Part shown: positions 27,424 to 36,260 of the stretch, one piece after another | How the letters are laid out: every line of letters begins with the position of its first letter | Position numbering within the stretch: position 1 is the stretch's first letter | Assembly: GCA_963701105.1 (NCBI GenBank) | Contig: OY969565.1 | Location: forward strand, 102,396-166,395 | DNA from: an uncultured Actinomycetota bacterium | GTDB lineage: Bacteria > Actinomycetota > Thermoleophilia > RBG-16-64-13 | Direction: 5' to 3' | Length of the DNA stretch: 64,000 nt | Notes under the pieces: generated by a model | The model's input: the letters and a program-made list of their open reading frames with translations, nothing else | Databases searched by the model: none | What the model was told of the DNA's origin: nothing | Made by a program: the position numbers and the translations under genes

Positions 27424-28410
27424 CTTCCCTCGTCGACCGTCGCGAGGTGGAGAAACTGCTGGTGCTTGGCGCTGCTCTCCGGGCGGGGCTCGTAGATGCC
27501 ATAGACGTGCCAGGGGGTCGCACTGCGGAGCAGGTCGCGGCGACTGTGGGAGGCGACGTCCACGCGTGCGGGGTCTTGCTTCATGCACTCACCTCGCTGG
27601 GCGTCGCTGAGGAAACAGAGGGATCGTTCAGGTTGACCCCCTTGGGGCGCCTCCATCTCGTCGAGCCACCTCCCGGCGATCCCGTGCCACCGGAGTTAGA
27701 ACGCTCCTCGCTCTTGCACCAACTCCACAAGTTCGGAGGGTGGTTGCGCCTGCCGGAGATCGTGGCCGGCGACCGCGGGCAGTCGCGCGTCAAAGAGCCG
27801 GAACGCCTCCGTTCTTTCGTGCGCACGATGGGGGAGGGCGGTCCCGCCGTGCCGGAGGAAGTGGTCGACGTGGTGTCTGGCGTACGCGAAGGAAGGAAAC
27901 GACCAGCGCGAGCCCAGGGACATGATCGACGTTGGCGGCGCCGTGGGCCATATGGCCCGGGCCTTCGCCGACCGGGGCCTGCGAGCCACGCTCTTCGACC
28001 GGCCCGATGTGCTTCCCGAGGCCCGCGAGTTCCTGGGCGCGGGTGCCGAGGACATAGCCATGGAAGGCGGGGATTTCAACGTCTCTCTGCCCGCGGGCCC
28101 CTTCGACTTGGCCTACCTCGGTAACGTGTACCACATCTACGGGCCTGAGAAGCTTCAGGCGCTCACCCTCCGCGTGTTCCAGGCGCTCCGCCCGGGTGGC
28201 GTGATCTGCGTGCGTGACTACGTGTGGGGGCGGAGCCCGCGGGCAGCCATGTTCGCCGTCAACATGTTGCAGGCGACCGCGGACGGGGGCGTATGGCGTG
28301 ACGACCAGTATCGTGCTTGGTTCGAGGCCGCGGGATTCGAAGACGTGCGCGTCGTCGACTTGGAGCGCTCTCCGAATCAGCTGATCCTGGGTCGGCGTCC
28401 GCCTGCGTGA
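27420..28410 (+). pseudogene. O-methyltransferase (family 2 type: wHTH dimerisation domain + class I SAM MTase), apparent +1 frameshift near 27874
   Basis: Track ORF 27420 (frame 0) encodes the N-terminal domain up to ...PEEVVDVV. Track ORF 27922 (frame +1) extends upstream as ...LAYAKEGNDQREPRDMIDVGGAVGHMARAF...DRPDVL...LRPGGVICVRD (SAM-binding motif). Deleting one nt in GTGTCTG near 27874 restores one ~330-aa protein. GTG 27420 overlaps the Grx-like stop (GTGA). Confidence 0.65.
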
Positions 28411-28536
28411 CCTCGGCGTGGAGCCCTACCGTTCTGTTAGACTGGACTGGGCCCGAAGAGCGGGCCCGCGCCAATTCTCGATGGCCGGCTCCGCACGGGA
28501 GGGTCGCGATTCGAACGCACCGAAAGGAGATCATCT

Positions 28537-29034
28537 GTGGCCGACACAATGACGAACCTCGCTGATGCTTTTGCCGGGGAATCCCAGGCGAATCGGAAGT
28601 ATCTGGCCTTTGCGAAGAAGGCCGAGGAAGAGGGAATGCCGCAAGTCGCCAAGCGCTTTCGCGTGGCGGCATCTTCGGAGACCATTCATGCCCATGAGCA
28701 CCTCAAGGCGATGGGCGAGTTGAAGGATACGAGCGCCAATCTGGCTGCTGCGATCGGCGGCGAGAACTACGAACACAGCGCGATGTATCCGGAGTTCATG
28801 GAGATCGCAGTGAAGGAAGACAATGAGGATGCGAGGTTTTCGTTCTTCGCGGCCAACATGGCCGAGAAGTTCCACGAGAACATGTTCAGAGAGGCCGCCG
28901 AGAAGATGTCGGACCTTCAAGACAGTCGCTTTTTCGTGTGCCAGGTGTGCGGGATGACGTATGAACACGAAACGCCCGACGCATGCGTGGTCTGCTCCTC
29001 ACCGAAGCACCGCATCGAAGAGTTCGTCGAGTAG
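28537..29034 (+). CDS. rbr: rubrerythrin
   Basis: 165 aa. Diiron ferritin-like domain (E-x-x-H pairs: ESQANRKY, ETIHAHEH, ENYEHSAMY) and a C-terminal rubredoxin-like CQVCG...CVVCS. Confidence 0.9.
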   Translation: MADTMTNLADAFAGESQANRKYLAFAKKAEEEGMPQVAKRFRVAASSETIHAHEHLKAMGELKDTSANLAAAIGGENYEHSAMYPEFMEIAVKEDNEDARFSFFAANMAEKFHENMFREAAEKMSDLQDSRFFVCQVCGMTYEHETPDACVVCSSPKHRIEEFVE

Positions 29035-29041
29035 GGCGACT

Positions 29042-29251
29042 GTGCCGGCGGTCCCCGACACCCTCGAAGACGCCGCCCGCTGTGTCTGTGGCAGTTGTCC
29101 CAGTAAGCCGGAGGAGCTGAAGGGCTTCTATTGTGCGCGCGGTGCGAGCAGGAGCACGGTGCTGCGTCGAGGTTGCCTCTGCAATCAGTGCGACGTGCAG
29201 CTCGACTTCGATCTCACGACCGAGTACTACTGCGAGGGCAACGCGTCCTAG
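29042..29251 (+). CDS. DUF2769-like small Cys-rich protein
   Basis: 69 aa from GTG 29042. CVCGSCPSKPEELKGFYCARG...GCLCNQCDVQLDFDLTTEYYCEG matches the DUF2769 Cys pattern as I recall it. Confidence 0.55.
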   Translation: MPAVPDTLEDAARCVCGSCPSKPEELKGFYCARGASRSTVLRRGCLCNQCDVQLDFDLTTEYYCEGNAS

Positions 29252-29389
29252 GCGGGTGTGGCCGGCGCCCAAGGTGGTCGGGGTCGGCATCTCGACCGTG
29301 TAGCGTACATCCGCGTTGCGTATACTGTGAGCCGGCGGCCCCATCGGGCCGCCGGTCCCACGTAGAGCGCATGGAATCCGAGGTGCTTC

Positions 29390-30598
29390 ATGGAGCGGTA
29401 TCTACTGAAGGAAAACATATGGTGGGTGGGGGCGATCGACTGGAACTGCCGTGACTTCCATGGTTACGAGACACCACGAGGCACCACCTACAATTCGTAC
29501 CTGATCACCGATCAGAAGACCGTCTTGGTCGACGGGGTCCGCTCGGGCTTCGGCTCGGAAACGCTGCGGCGCATCAACAGCTGTTGCGACCCGCGTGGAA
29601 TCGACTACTTGGTCATCAATCACGTGGAGATGGATCACTCCGGGGCCATCCCGGGACTCGTCCGCGAGATGTCGCCGGTCAAGATCTTCTGCTCCAAACG
29701 GGCGAAAGACGCACTCGCTATCCTTTATGCCGAGGAAGGCTTCGGGGAGTGGGATATCGAGGTGGTGGCCACGGGCGACGAGATCTCACTCGGCACCTAC
29801 ACGCTCACCTTCCTGGAAGTACCCATGCTTCATTGGCCGGACAGCATGCTTACCTACATCAAAGAGGCCAAGGTGCTACTGGCCAACGACGGCTTCGGCC
29901 AGCACTTGGCCACATCGAAGCGATTCGCCGACGAGGTCGATCTGTCCGTGGCGATGGATGAGGCGGCCAAGTACTACGCCAACATCCTCATGCCTTTCGG
30001 TGCCCAGGTGCAGAAACTAGTGAAGACGGTGGGCGAGATGGGTCTGGAACTGGATGTCATCGCCCCCAGCCACGGAGTCATCTGGCGGCGTCCGCAGGAC
30101 GTGCAGGCCATCATCCAGTCATACGTCGATTGGAGCTCCTTCAAGGCGGAGCCGTCGGTGGCCTTGATCTTCGACACCATGTGGCATTCGACGGAGAAGA
30201 TGACGCGGGCCATCGAAGACGGCGTGGCGCAAGAGGGAGTCGCCTGCTCGGTCATCAAGCTCAGCAAGACCCCGCTGGCGGACGCCATTCAGACCATACA
30301 GGCCTGCCGCGGCTTCTTCGTGGGCACTCCCACGCTCAACAACACCATGTTGCCGTCGGTAGGTGCGTTCATGACCTACATCAAGGGGCTCCGTCCCAAG
30401 CAGCGCGTGACGGGTGCTTACGGTTCCTTCGGCTGGGGCGGCGGCGGCGTGAAGCAGGTAGACGCCGGGCTGCGCGAGCTTGGGCTCGAGGTGGTCGATC
30501 CGCTCGAGTTCAAGTACGTGCCCTCGAGCGCGGATCTGGCCGCCTGTGAAGAATACGGGCGCGAGATCGCCCGCCGCGTCAAGGCCTGGGAGGCCTGA
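29390..30598 (+). CDS. FprA-type flavodiiron protein (A-type flavoprotein)
   Basis: 402 aa. Metallo-beta-lactamase-like diiron domain (NSYLI, INHVEMDHSGA) plus a C-terminal flavodoxin-like domain. Confidence 0.9.
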   Translation: MERYLLKENIWWVGAIDWNCRDFHGYETPRGTTYNSYLITDQKTVLVDGVRSGFGSETLRRINSCCDPRGIDYLVINHVEMDHSGAIPGLVREMSPVKIFCSKRAKDALAILYAEEGFGEWDIEVVATGDEISLGTYTLTFLEVPMLHWPDSMLTYIKEAKVLLANDGFGQHLATSKRFADEVDLSVAMDEAAKYYANILMPFGAQVQKLVKTVGEMGLELDVIAPSHGVIWRRPQDVQAIIQSYVDWSSFKAEPSVALIFDTMWHSTEKMTRAIEDGVAQEGVACSVIKLSKTPLADAIQTIQACRGFFVGTPTLNNTMLPSVGAFMTYIKGLRPKQRVTGAYGSFGWGGGGVKQVDAGLRELGLEVVDPLEFKYVPSSADLAACEEYGREIARRVKAWEA

Positions 30599-30637
30599 GG
30601 GCACAGTAGGACCGGACCTAGTAGGACCGAAGCGGCA

Positions 30638-30677
30638 GAATTCAGAACGGGGGCCCAGTGGCCCCCGTTCTGAATTC
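30638..30677. terminator. perfect 18-bp stem / 4-nt loop hairpin between convergent genes (bidirectional terminator candidate)
   Basis: GAATTCAGAACGGGGGCC-CAGT-GGCCCCCGTTCTGAATTC lies between the fprA stop (30598) and the convergent gene stop (30721). No U-tract. Confidence 0.5.
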
Positions 30678-30720
30678 GTACTGGTTCGCCGGGTGCTCCG
30701 GCGTGCTTCCTCTGCGTGTC

Positions 30721-31368
30721 TTAGCGTTCTCCGCGCATAACGCCAGGACGTTGGATCGCCGAGTGGTTCTTGGGAGGCCTGATCTCGCGGAACTTGTCCA
30801 ACTCGTCGAGGGAGTCGAGGCGGTTGTAGATCTCGACCCAGATGCAGGGCTTCTCGCTGTCCACCTCGCACATGCCGTGGTTGGTGCCTCCGCATGGACC
30901 GTTCAGCAACCCCTTGGGGCAGCGGGTCACCGGGCAGATGCCCCCGGTCCAGTCGAGGATGCACTCTCCGCAGGTGGAACACTTCTCTTCGAAGTTCATG
31001 TGCCGCTGGGAGTTGCCCAGGAACAGACTGTCGTTCGACGGGTAGACTGGGAGATCGGTGGCCTCGACGACGGACTGCACGCCGGCGCCGCAACTCATGA
31101 CTACGACCGCGTCGGCCTTGGCCAGCTGCTCCTTATGCTTGCGGAAGTGGCGTTTGACGTCCAGTTCGTGGCAGGGGGCATAGACCACCGAGGACCCAAC
31201 GGTATGGTGTCCGTCTTCCTCGAGGATCTTGCCGAGTTCCTCGACCTCCCACTCACCGCCGGTTTGGCACTGAGAGGAGCACTGTCCGCAGCCCACGAAG
31301 AAGATGTTCTTGTGCTTCTCAAGCATCTGCGAGATCTCTTCGATGGGCTTCTGCTTGGTGATGATCAT
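30721..31368 (-). CDS. methylenetetrahydrofolate reductase C-terminal domain-containing protein (MetV-like, Cys-rich)
   Basis: ATG 31368 after GGAGG. FFVGCGQCSSQCQTGG and CPKGLLNGPCGG are typical of the MTHFR_C family. No metF is adjacent. Confidence 0.75.
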   Translation of the reverse strand: MIITKQKPIEEISQMLEKHKNIFFVGCGQCSSQCQTGGEWEVEELGKILEEDGHHTVGSSVVYAPCHELDVKRHFRKHKEQLAKADAVVVMSCGAGVQSVVEATDLPVYPSNDSLFLGNSQRHMNFEEKCSTCGECILDWTGGICPVTRCPKGLLNGPCGGTNHGMCEVDSEKPCIWVEIYNRLDSLDELDKFREIRPPKNHSAIQRPGVMRGER

Positions 31369-32141
31369 GCGTCGTCCTCCGAGTTGTTGCTGCCCGTATC
31401 CGTCTGTGCCGCTTCTGACCGGAGCCGCTCGGCGGCGCCGTTTGTTACTGCTTCGAAAACAAGAGTGCATACGTCATGCTCGCCGCGACGCTTGTGCTCC
31501 GCCAGGGCGAAGGGGCGGTCGCCGTTGGAGAGCAGACCGGCCACGATGGCCTTGTCGAGGAGACACACCAGGCGCGGCTGCCGGGTGGCGACCTCACGGA
31601 ACAGGCAGTTGCCGGTGTGCACCGTCACGCGATCAGCCTCTACCTCGAAATGGATGTCGGCCCCCGCTTGAGAGAGCGGAGCCAGCCGTTCCTCGACCGA
31701 GCCGTCGTTGGGCGCGGTAGAGGCGAGTTGACGTCCGAAGTCGCGCCCGATCTCGCCCACCAAGATCTCGCCGGCCTCTCCGAACCGTTCAAGAGTATTC
31801 AGCAGGAGTTCCGCCAGCATCTGGTACTGCCGCACGGGTTCCTGCAGATCGAGCCGCGTATCGCTCCGCCGGTAGACCTTAGGGGGTCGCCCGCCCTCCG
31901 CTCGGTGCAGGAAATCCGACACAAGTAGGCCCGTGTCGGTGAGCTTCTCGAGGTGAGCCCTCGCGACCGTCCGGTGCACCCCGAACGTGGCTCCCACATC
32001 CGCGGCGGTGACGGGTTCGGCAGAATCTGCAACGTACTTGAAGATGCCTCTGCGCGTTGGATCGCCGAGCGCGTCCGCAAGCACATCCAATTGAGAGTCG
32101 GCCGGCAGAGACAGAGATGTGTTGAGTCGTGGCCTCTTCAT
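31365..32141 (-). CDS. ArsR-like winged-helix transcriptional regulator with extended C-terminal domain
   Basis: 258 aa. LADALGDPTRRGIFKYV...VTAADVGATFGVHRTVARAHLEKLTDTGLL is an ArsR-type wHTH. Stop overlaps the downstream ATG (ATGA). Confidence 0.7.
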   Translation of the reverse strand: MKRPRLNTSLSLPADSQLDVLADALGDPTRRGIFKYVADSAEPVTAADVGATFGVHRTVARAHLEKLTDTGLLVSDFLHRAEGGRPPKVYRRSDTRLDLQEPVRQYQMLAELLLNTLERFGEAGEILVGEIGRDFGRQLASTAPNDGSVEERLAPLSQAGADIHFEVEADRVTVHTGNCLFREVATRQPRLVCLLDKAIVAGLLSNGDRPFALAEHKRRGEHDVCTLVFEAVTNGAAERLRSEAAQTDTGSNNSEDDA

Positions 32142-32314
32142 GCAGGTAGTCTAGCCTATGGTGACCGTCCGCACAAGGGTTTTGTGTGTGGATATGCACG
32201 TAACCTCGCGCGCAGGAGTGGCGCACCCCGGCCGTGGGCGTCGCTTTGGGTCTACTGGTACAATGGCTCCGCTGCTGGCGAAGGCCGCGAACGGTGCATG
32301 GAAGGAGTCATGGG

Positions 32315-33673
32315 ATGGCGAAGTACGTGATCGTCGGGAACGGTGTCACAGGTACACGGGCCGCAGAAGTGATCAGGCGCACGGATGAGTCGGCCGACGT
32401 GACCATCCTCACGGAAGAGCCGCACCCGTTCTATCGCCGTCCCCAGTTGGCGGACTTCGCCTCCGGCGACATCGGTGAGGCGCGTATGTGGGCCCGCAAG
32501 ACCTCCTTCTACGACGATAACCGGCTGGATCTGAGGCTCTCGACGAAGGTCGTGGGCCTAGATGTCGATGCGCACACGCTTGCGCTGGCCGACGGAGGCT
32601 CCGTCCCCTACGACCGGCTGTTGGTGGCCACGGGACGCGACGTCACCTCGGCGGGGCTATCGGGCGGCGACCTCGCCGGCGTCAACCATTTCAAGACCCT
32701 GGACGAAGCTCGGGCGATCCGCGACCTTGATGGCTCCGGCAAGACGGGGGTGGTGTTCGGCAACGGCATGGTCGCCCTGGAGTTGGTGCGCGCCCTTACC
32801 GCGTCCGGCTTCTCGACCACCTATCTTGTCCCCACCGATAGCCTCTGGCCGGAGGTGCTCGACAAGGATGCAGCGGACATAGCCCTCAGTCGCCTGCATG
32901 CGGCGGGCGCGCGGGTGGTCTTCGGCGCCGGGATCGAGACGGCGCGCTCCTCCGACGGGTGCGCCGGAGAGGTCGTCCTCGCTGGTGGGGATGTGCTGCG
33001 CGCCGACGTGTTGGGCCTCTGCTCGGGATACACTCCCGCCATCGGCTTTCTGCCCGACGGCGGTGCCGGCTTGGTTGCGGGCGCCGGGTTCGCAAGCCCG
33101 TGGGCCGATGTGTTCGTGGCCGGCGACGTGACGGTCGACGCCGGGAAGAACTACTTCAACTGGCTGCGTTCGTGGCGGCAGGGAGCAGCGGCCGGAACCC
33201 TCATGGCAGGCGGCGCCGGGGCTGACGAGCCGGCTGCCATAGACACCTTGAACATGCAGGTCCTCGGTCTCAGTCTCGTGACGCTGGGGCGTACCATCGC
33301 CCCCTACCGCTCGGGCTATTCCGAGATGCGCGGGGATTACCCGTACGGGGAGTTCTACAAGAAGTTGGTCTTCTCATCTGACGACGTGCTGGTGGGGGCA
33401 CTGCTGCTCGGCAATGTGGCAGAAGCCGCGGCTCTCGAGCAGGCCATCCGCGCGGGGACGAAGAAGGCCGATCTCCCCGATGACCTGCTCCACCAGATGT
33501 TCGACGTGACCTACAAGACGACGTACGTGGGTGTGCAGTGTCCGGTGTGCCGTCACGAGATGCAGTTGGCGAAAGGTGCCGTGGCAGGCGACCTGGTGAC
33601 GTGCCCGGTGTGCGGCACTGATTTCAACCTCGTGCAGGGCGACGTGGGCTTCAAAGCCCGCATCGCCAGGTGA
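32315..33673 (+). CDS. NAD(P)/FAD-dependent oxidoreductase (pyridine nucleotide-disulfide oxidoreductase fold) with C-terminal CxxC...CxxC zinc-ribbon/rubredoxin-like tail
   Basis: ATG 32315 after GAAGGAG. KYVIVGNGVTGTRAAE (FAD GxGxxG), GVVFGNGMVALE (NAD GxGxxA) and a C-terminal QCPVCRHEMQL...TCPVCGTDF. Confidence 0.8.
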   Translation: MAKYVIVGNGVTGTRAAEVIRRTDESADVTILTEEPHPFYRRPQLADFASGDIGEARMWARKTSFYDDNRLDLRLSTKVVGLDVDAHTLALADGGSVPYDRLLVATGRDVTSAGLSGGDLAGVNHFKTLDEARAIRDLDGSGKTGVVFGNGMVALELVRALTASGFSTTYLVPTDSLWPEVLDKDAADIALSRLHAAGARVVFGAGIETARSSDGCAGEVVLAGGDVLRADVLGLCSGYTPAIGFLPDGGAGLVAGAGFASPWADVFVAGDVTVDAGKNYFNWLRSWRQGAAAGTLMAGGAGADEPAAIDTLNMQVLGLSLVTLGRTIAPYRSGYSEMRGDYPYGEFYKKLVFSSDDVLVGALLLGNVAEAAALEQAIRAGTKKADLPDDLLHQMFDVTYKTTYVGVQCPVCRHEMQLAKGAVAGDLVTCPVCGTDFNLVQGDVGFKARIAR

Positions 33674-33680
33674 TGATCGC

Positions 33681-34265
33681 ATGGCTGTGACCGTCCTCGG
33701 CCTCGCGGGCAGTCCCCGGAGGAAGGGCAACACCGAGACCCTCCTGGACTGGACCCTGGCCGCCGCCGAGGCGGCGGGTGCCGAGGTGTTGAAGTTCCGC
33801 CTGCGTGAATTGGATGTGGGATGCTGCATAGCCTGCGACGGCTGCGCGGACACGGGCCAGTGCATCGTGGATGACGGGATGGACGCCATCTTCCCTCACC
33901 TCCGGTCGGCGGACAGCATCGTTCTCGCGGCCCCGATCTTCTCCATGGGCTTGGCCGCGCAGGCCAAGGCGATGGTAGACCGGTGCCAACCGTTCTGGGC
34001 CCTGAAGTACGTCCTCAAGCAACCGGTGCGCCCCGAGGGTTCCATGGAGCGTCGAGGCGCCTTCCTGTCGTGCGCCGGCACCACCTACAAGACCGTCTTC
34101 GACGGAGCCAGGCAGGTCGTCAGCTACTTCTGGCACGTGCTCGACGTGCACCCCGTCGGGGATCTTCTCTGCCCCGGCGTGGACGCCAAAGGTGAGATCT
34201 TCGACCATCCCTCCGCCAAGGAGATAGCCGAGGACATCGGGCGCCGCCTGGCGGAGCCTCGGTAG
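33681..34265 (+). CDS. flavodoxin-like fold FMN reductase / iron-sulfur flavoprotein-like
   Basis: 194 aa. VLGLAGSPRRKGNTETL (NADPH-dependent FMN reductase signature) and Cys cluster CCIACDGCADTGQC as in Isf-type proteins. Confidence 0.8.
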   Translation: MAVTVLGLAGSPRRKGNTETLLDWTLAAAEAAGAEVLKFRLRELDVGCCIACDGCADTGQCIVDDGMDAIFPHLRSADSIVLAAPIFSMGLAAQAKAMVDRCQPFWALKYVLKQPVRPEGSMERRGAFLSCAGTTYKTVFDGARQVVSYFWHVLDVHPVGDLLCPGVDAKGEIFDHPSAKEIAEDIGRRLAEPR

Positions 34266-34302
34266 GCCGAGAGAGGGCCGCGTCTGCGGCTTCGGAGGCG
34301 GC

Positions 34303-35001
34303 ATGGCGGCACCGATACGCATCCTGGTCGTCGACGACGACGACAACGTCCGTCGCCTGGTGGCCGCCTATCTTGAGCGCGAGGGCTACGACGTCTCCCA
34401 GGCAGCGGACGGCAACGCCGCCATCAGGTCGGTCGAGACCGCGGCGCCCGACCTGCTCATCCTCGATCTCATGCTGCCCGGCCCGGGCGGACTCCAGGTC
34501 GCCCGTCGGCTGAAAGACTCCGTAGGAGTGCCGGTGATCATGCTCACCGCCCGCGGCGAGGAAGACGACGTCCTGCGGGGTTTCGAGGCCGGGGCCGACG
34601 ATTACCTGGTGAAGCCGTTCAGCCCCAAGGTTCTGGTGGCCCGCGTGCGCGCCGTGCTGCGGCGCGCCGGTATCGGCACCGACGACGACACCGCCCCTCT
34701 GGTGCGAGGACCGCTGGTCATGGACGAGCGTAGCCGCATGGTGACGGTCGACGAGACTCCCATCGAACTCACGGCCATCGAGTTCGACCTCTTACGCGCC
34801 CTCGCCGACCATCCCGGCTGGGTGTACTCACGCGAGCAGCTGCTCGAGCGCGTCTGGGGCTACGACCATCTGGGCGATTCGCGCGTCGTGGACGTGCATG
34901 TGGCGAATCTCCGCAAGAAGATCGGCGACGATCCCTCCCAACCCCGTTTCATCCGCACCGTGCGGGGCGTCGGCTACAAATTCCTGGTGCCCGAGGAATG
35001 A
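34303..35001 (+). CDS. OmpR/PhoB family response regulator
   Basis: 232 aa. ILVVDDD...DLLILDLMLPG receiver domain plus a winged-helix C-terminus (RTVRGVGYKF). Confidence 0.9.
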   Translation: MAAPIRILVVDDDDNVRRLVAAYLEREGYDVSQAADGNAAIRSVETAAPDLLILDLMLPGPGGLQVARRLKDSVGVPVIMLTARGEEDDVLRGFEAGADDYLVKPFSPKVLVARVRAVLRRAGIGTDDDTAPLVRGPLVMDERSRMVTVDETPIELTAIEFDLLRALADHPGWVYSREQLLERVWGYDHLGDSRVVDVHVANLRKKIGDDPSQPRFIRTVRGVGYKFLVPEE

Positions 35002-36134
35002 AGCTGCGGGCGAAGCTCTTCTTTGCCTTTCTCGGGGTGATCGCCGTGGTCGTCGTGGTCGTGGCCGCTCTGGTGCGGAGCATCGCCGTGGGAGCCGTCT
35101 CCTCTCACATGGGCTCCGGCATGAGCGGGATGATGGGCGGGATGATGAGCGATCTGGAGACGGCGGTTGCGCGCGGAGTGAACGAAGCCCTGCTGTGGGG
35201 AGCGTTGGCGGCGGTGGTGGTGGCGGCGGCGGCCAGCTACGTGCTGTCAGGCGTCATCACGGGGACGATCGGTGACATGGCCGCCGCCGCCCGGCGGATC
35301 GCGGCGGGCGAATACGGCCAGCGCGTCGCCCACCCCGCCGACGACGAGATCGGAGAGTTCGCGGACGCCTTCAACGAGATGGCCTCGCGCCTGGAGGCGA
35401 CCGAACGCGTGAGGCGCGAACTCCTGGCCACCATCTCGCACGAGCTTAGGACGCCGCTCACGAGCATCCAGGGCTACATGGAGGGACTGCTCGACGGGGT
35501 GATCTCCGAGGAGCCCGAGACCTACCAATTGGTTCACCGAGAAGCGGCCCGCCTCTCTCGTTTGGTGGCCGACATCGAGAATCTGTCACGCATCGAAGCA
35601 GGGGCCGAGCGCATCGCCCCGGTCGACTTGGAGGTAGCTCCCGTTCTCGAAGGTGTGGCCGACCGCGTGCGTCCTCAATTCGAGCAGAAGCCGATCGCGC
35701 TCAGCGTGGTCGTGGAACCTCTGACGCCGGCCGTCAGGGCCGACGAGGACCGCCTGCTGCAGGTGTTGCTCAACGTCGTGGGCAATGCCTTCAAGTACAC
35801 ACCGCCGGGCGGAGAGGTGACCCTGCGGGCTTCACCTGCGCCCGCCACCCCAACAGACGCTCTCCGGGGTTCGCCTCCCGCGGAACGGATCCTCATTCGG
35901 GTTGAAGACAGCGGTATCGGCATCCCGGCGGCCGATCTCCCTCACGTCTTCGAGCGCTTCTACCGCGTGGATAAGTCGCGGTCGGCTACCGGAGGCGGTC
36001 TGGGTATCGGGCTGGCGGTCGCACGCAGCCTGGTTGAACAGATGGGCGGGTCCATGACCATCGCGAGCGCCCCCGGGCGCGGGACCACCGTCTCCCTCAC
36101 CCTGCCCGCCGCCCGCCCCGCCACGGACAGTTGA
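34998..36134 (+). CDS. sensor histidine kinase (TM-HAMP-HisKA-HATPase)
   Basis: 378 aa. Overlaps the regulator stop. H-box ISHELRTPLTSI, N-box LLNVVGNAFKYTP, G-boxes DSGIGI and GGLGIGLAV. Confidence 0.9.
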   Translation: MKLRAKLFFAFLGVIAVVVVVVAALVRSIAVGAVSSHMGSGMSGMMGGMMSDLETAVARGVNEALLWGALAAVVVAAAASYVLSGVITGTIGDMAAAARRIAAGEYGQRVAHPADDEIGEFADAFNEMASRLEATERVRRELLATISHELRTPLTSIQGYMEGLLDGVISEEPETYQLVHREAARLSRLVADIENLSRIEAGAERIAPVDLEVAPVLEGVADRVRPQFEQKPIALSVVVEPLTPAVRADEDRLLQVLLNVVGNAFKYTPPGGEVTLRASPAPATPTDALRGSPPAERILIRVEDSGIGIPAADLPHVFERFYRVDKSRSATGGGLGIGLAVARSLVEQMGGSMTIASAPGRGTTVSLTLPAARPATDS

Positions 36135-36260
36135 CGACGGAACCCGTGCGGCGGTGGTGTCCGGGGGGCTCGTGGGGCCCGCGCGGCCGGTAGGGTCGTT
36201 GCGGCCGCGGAGCCCGCGCAGCCGGTCGGGCCCGCCGGGCCTGGGAGCCTGGCTGACCCT

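Noticed and set aside
30605-30628. Short direct repeat AGTAGGACCG x2 just downstream of fprA
   Set aside because: Only two 10-nt copies adjacent to the large terminator hairpin. Too short to interpret and probably fortuitous.
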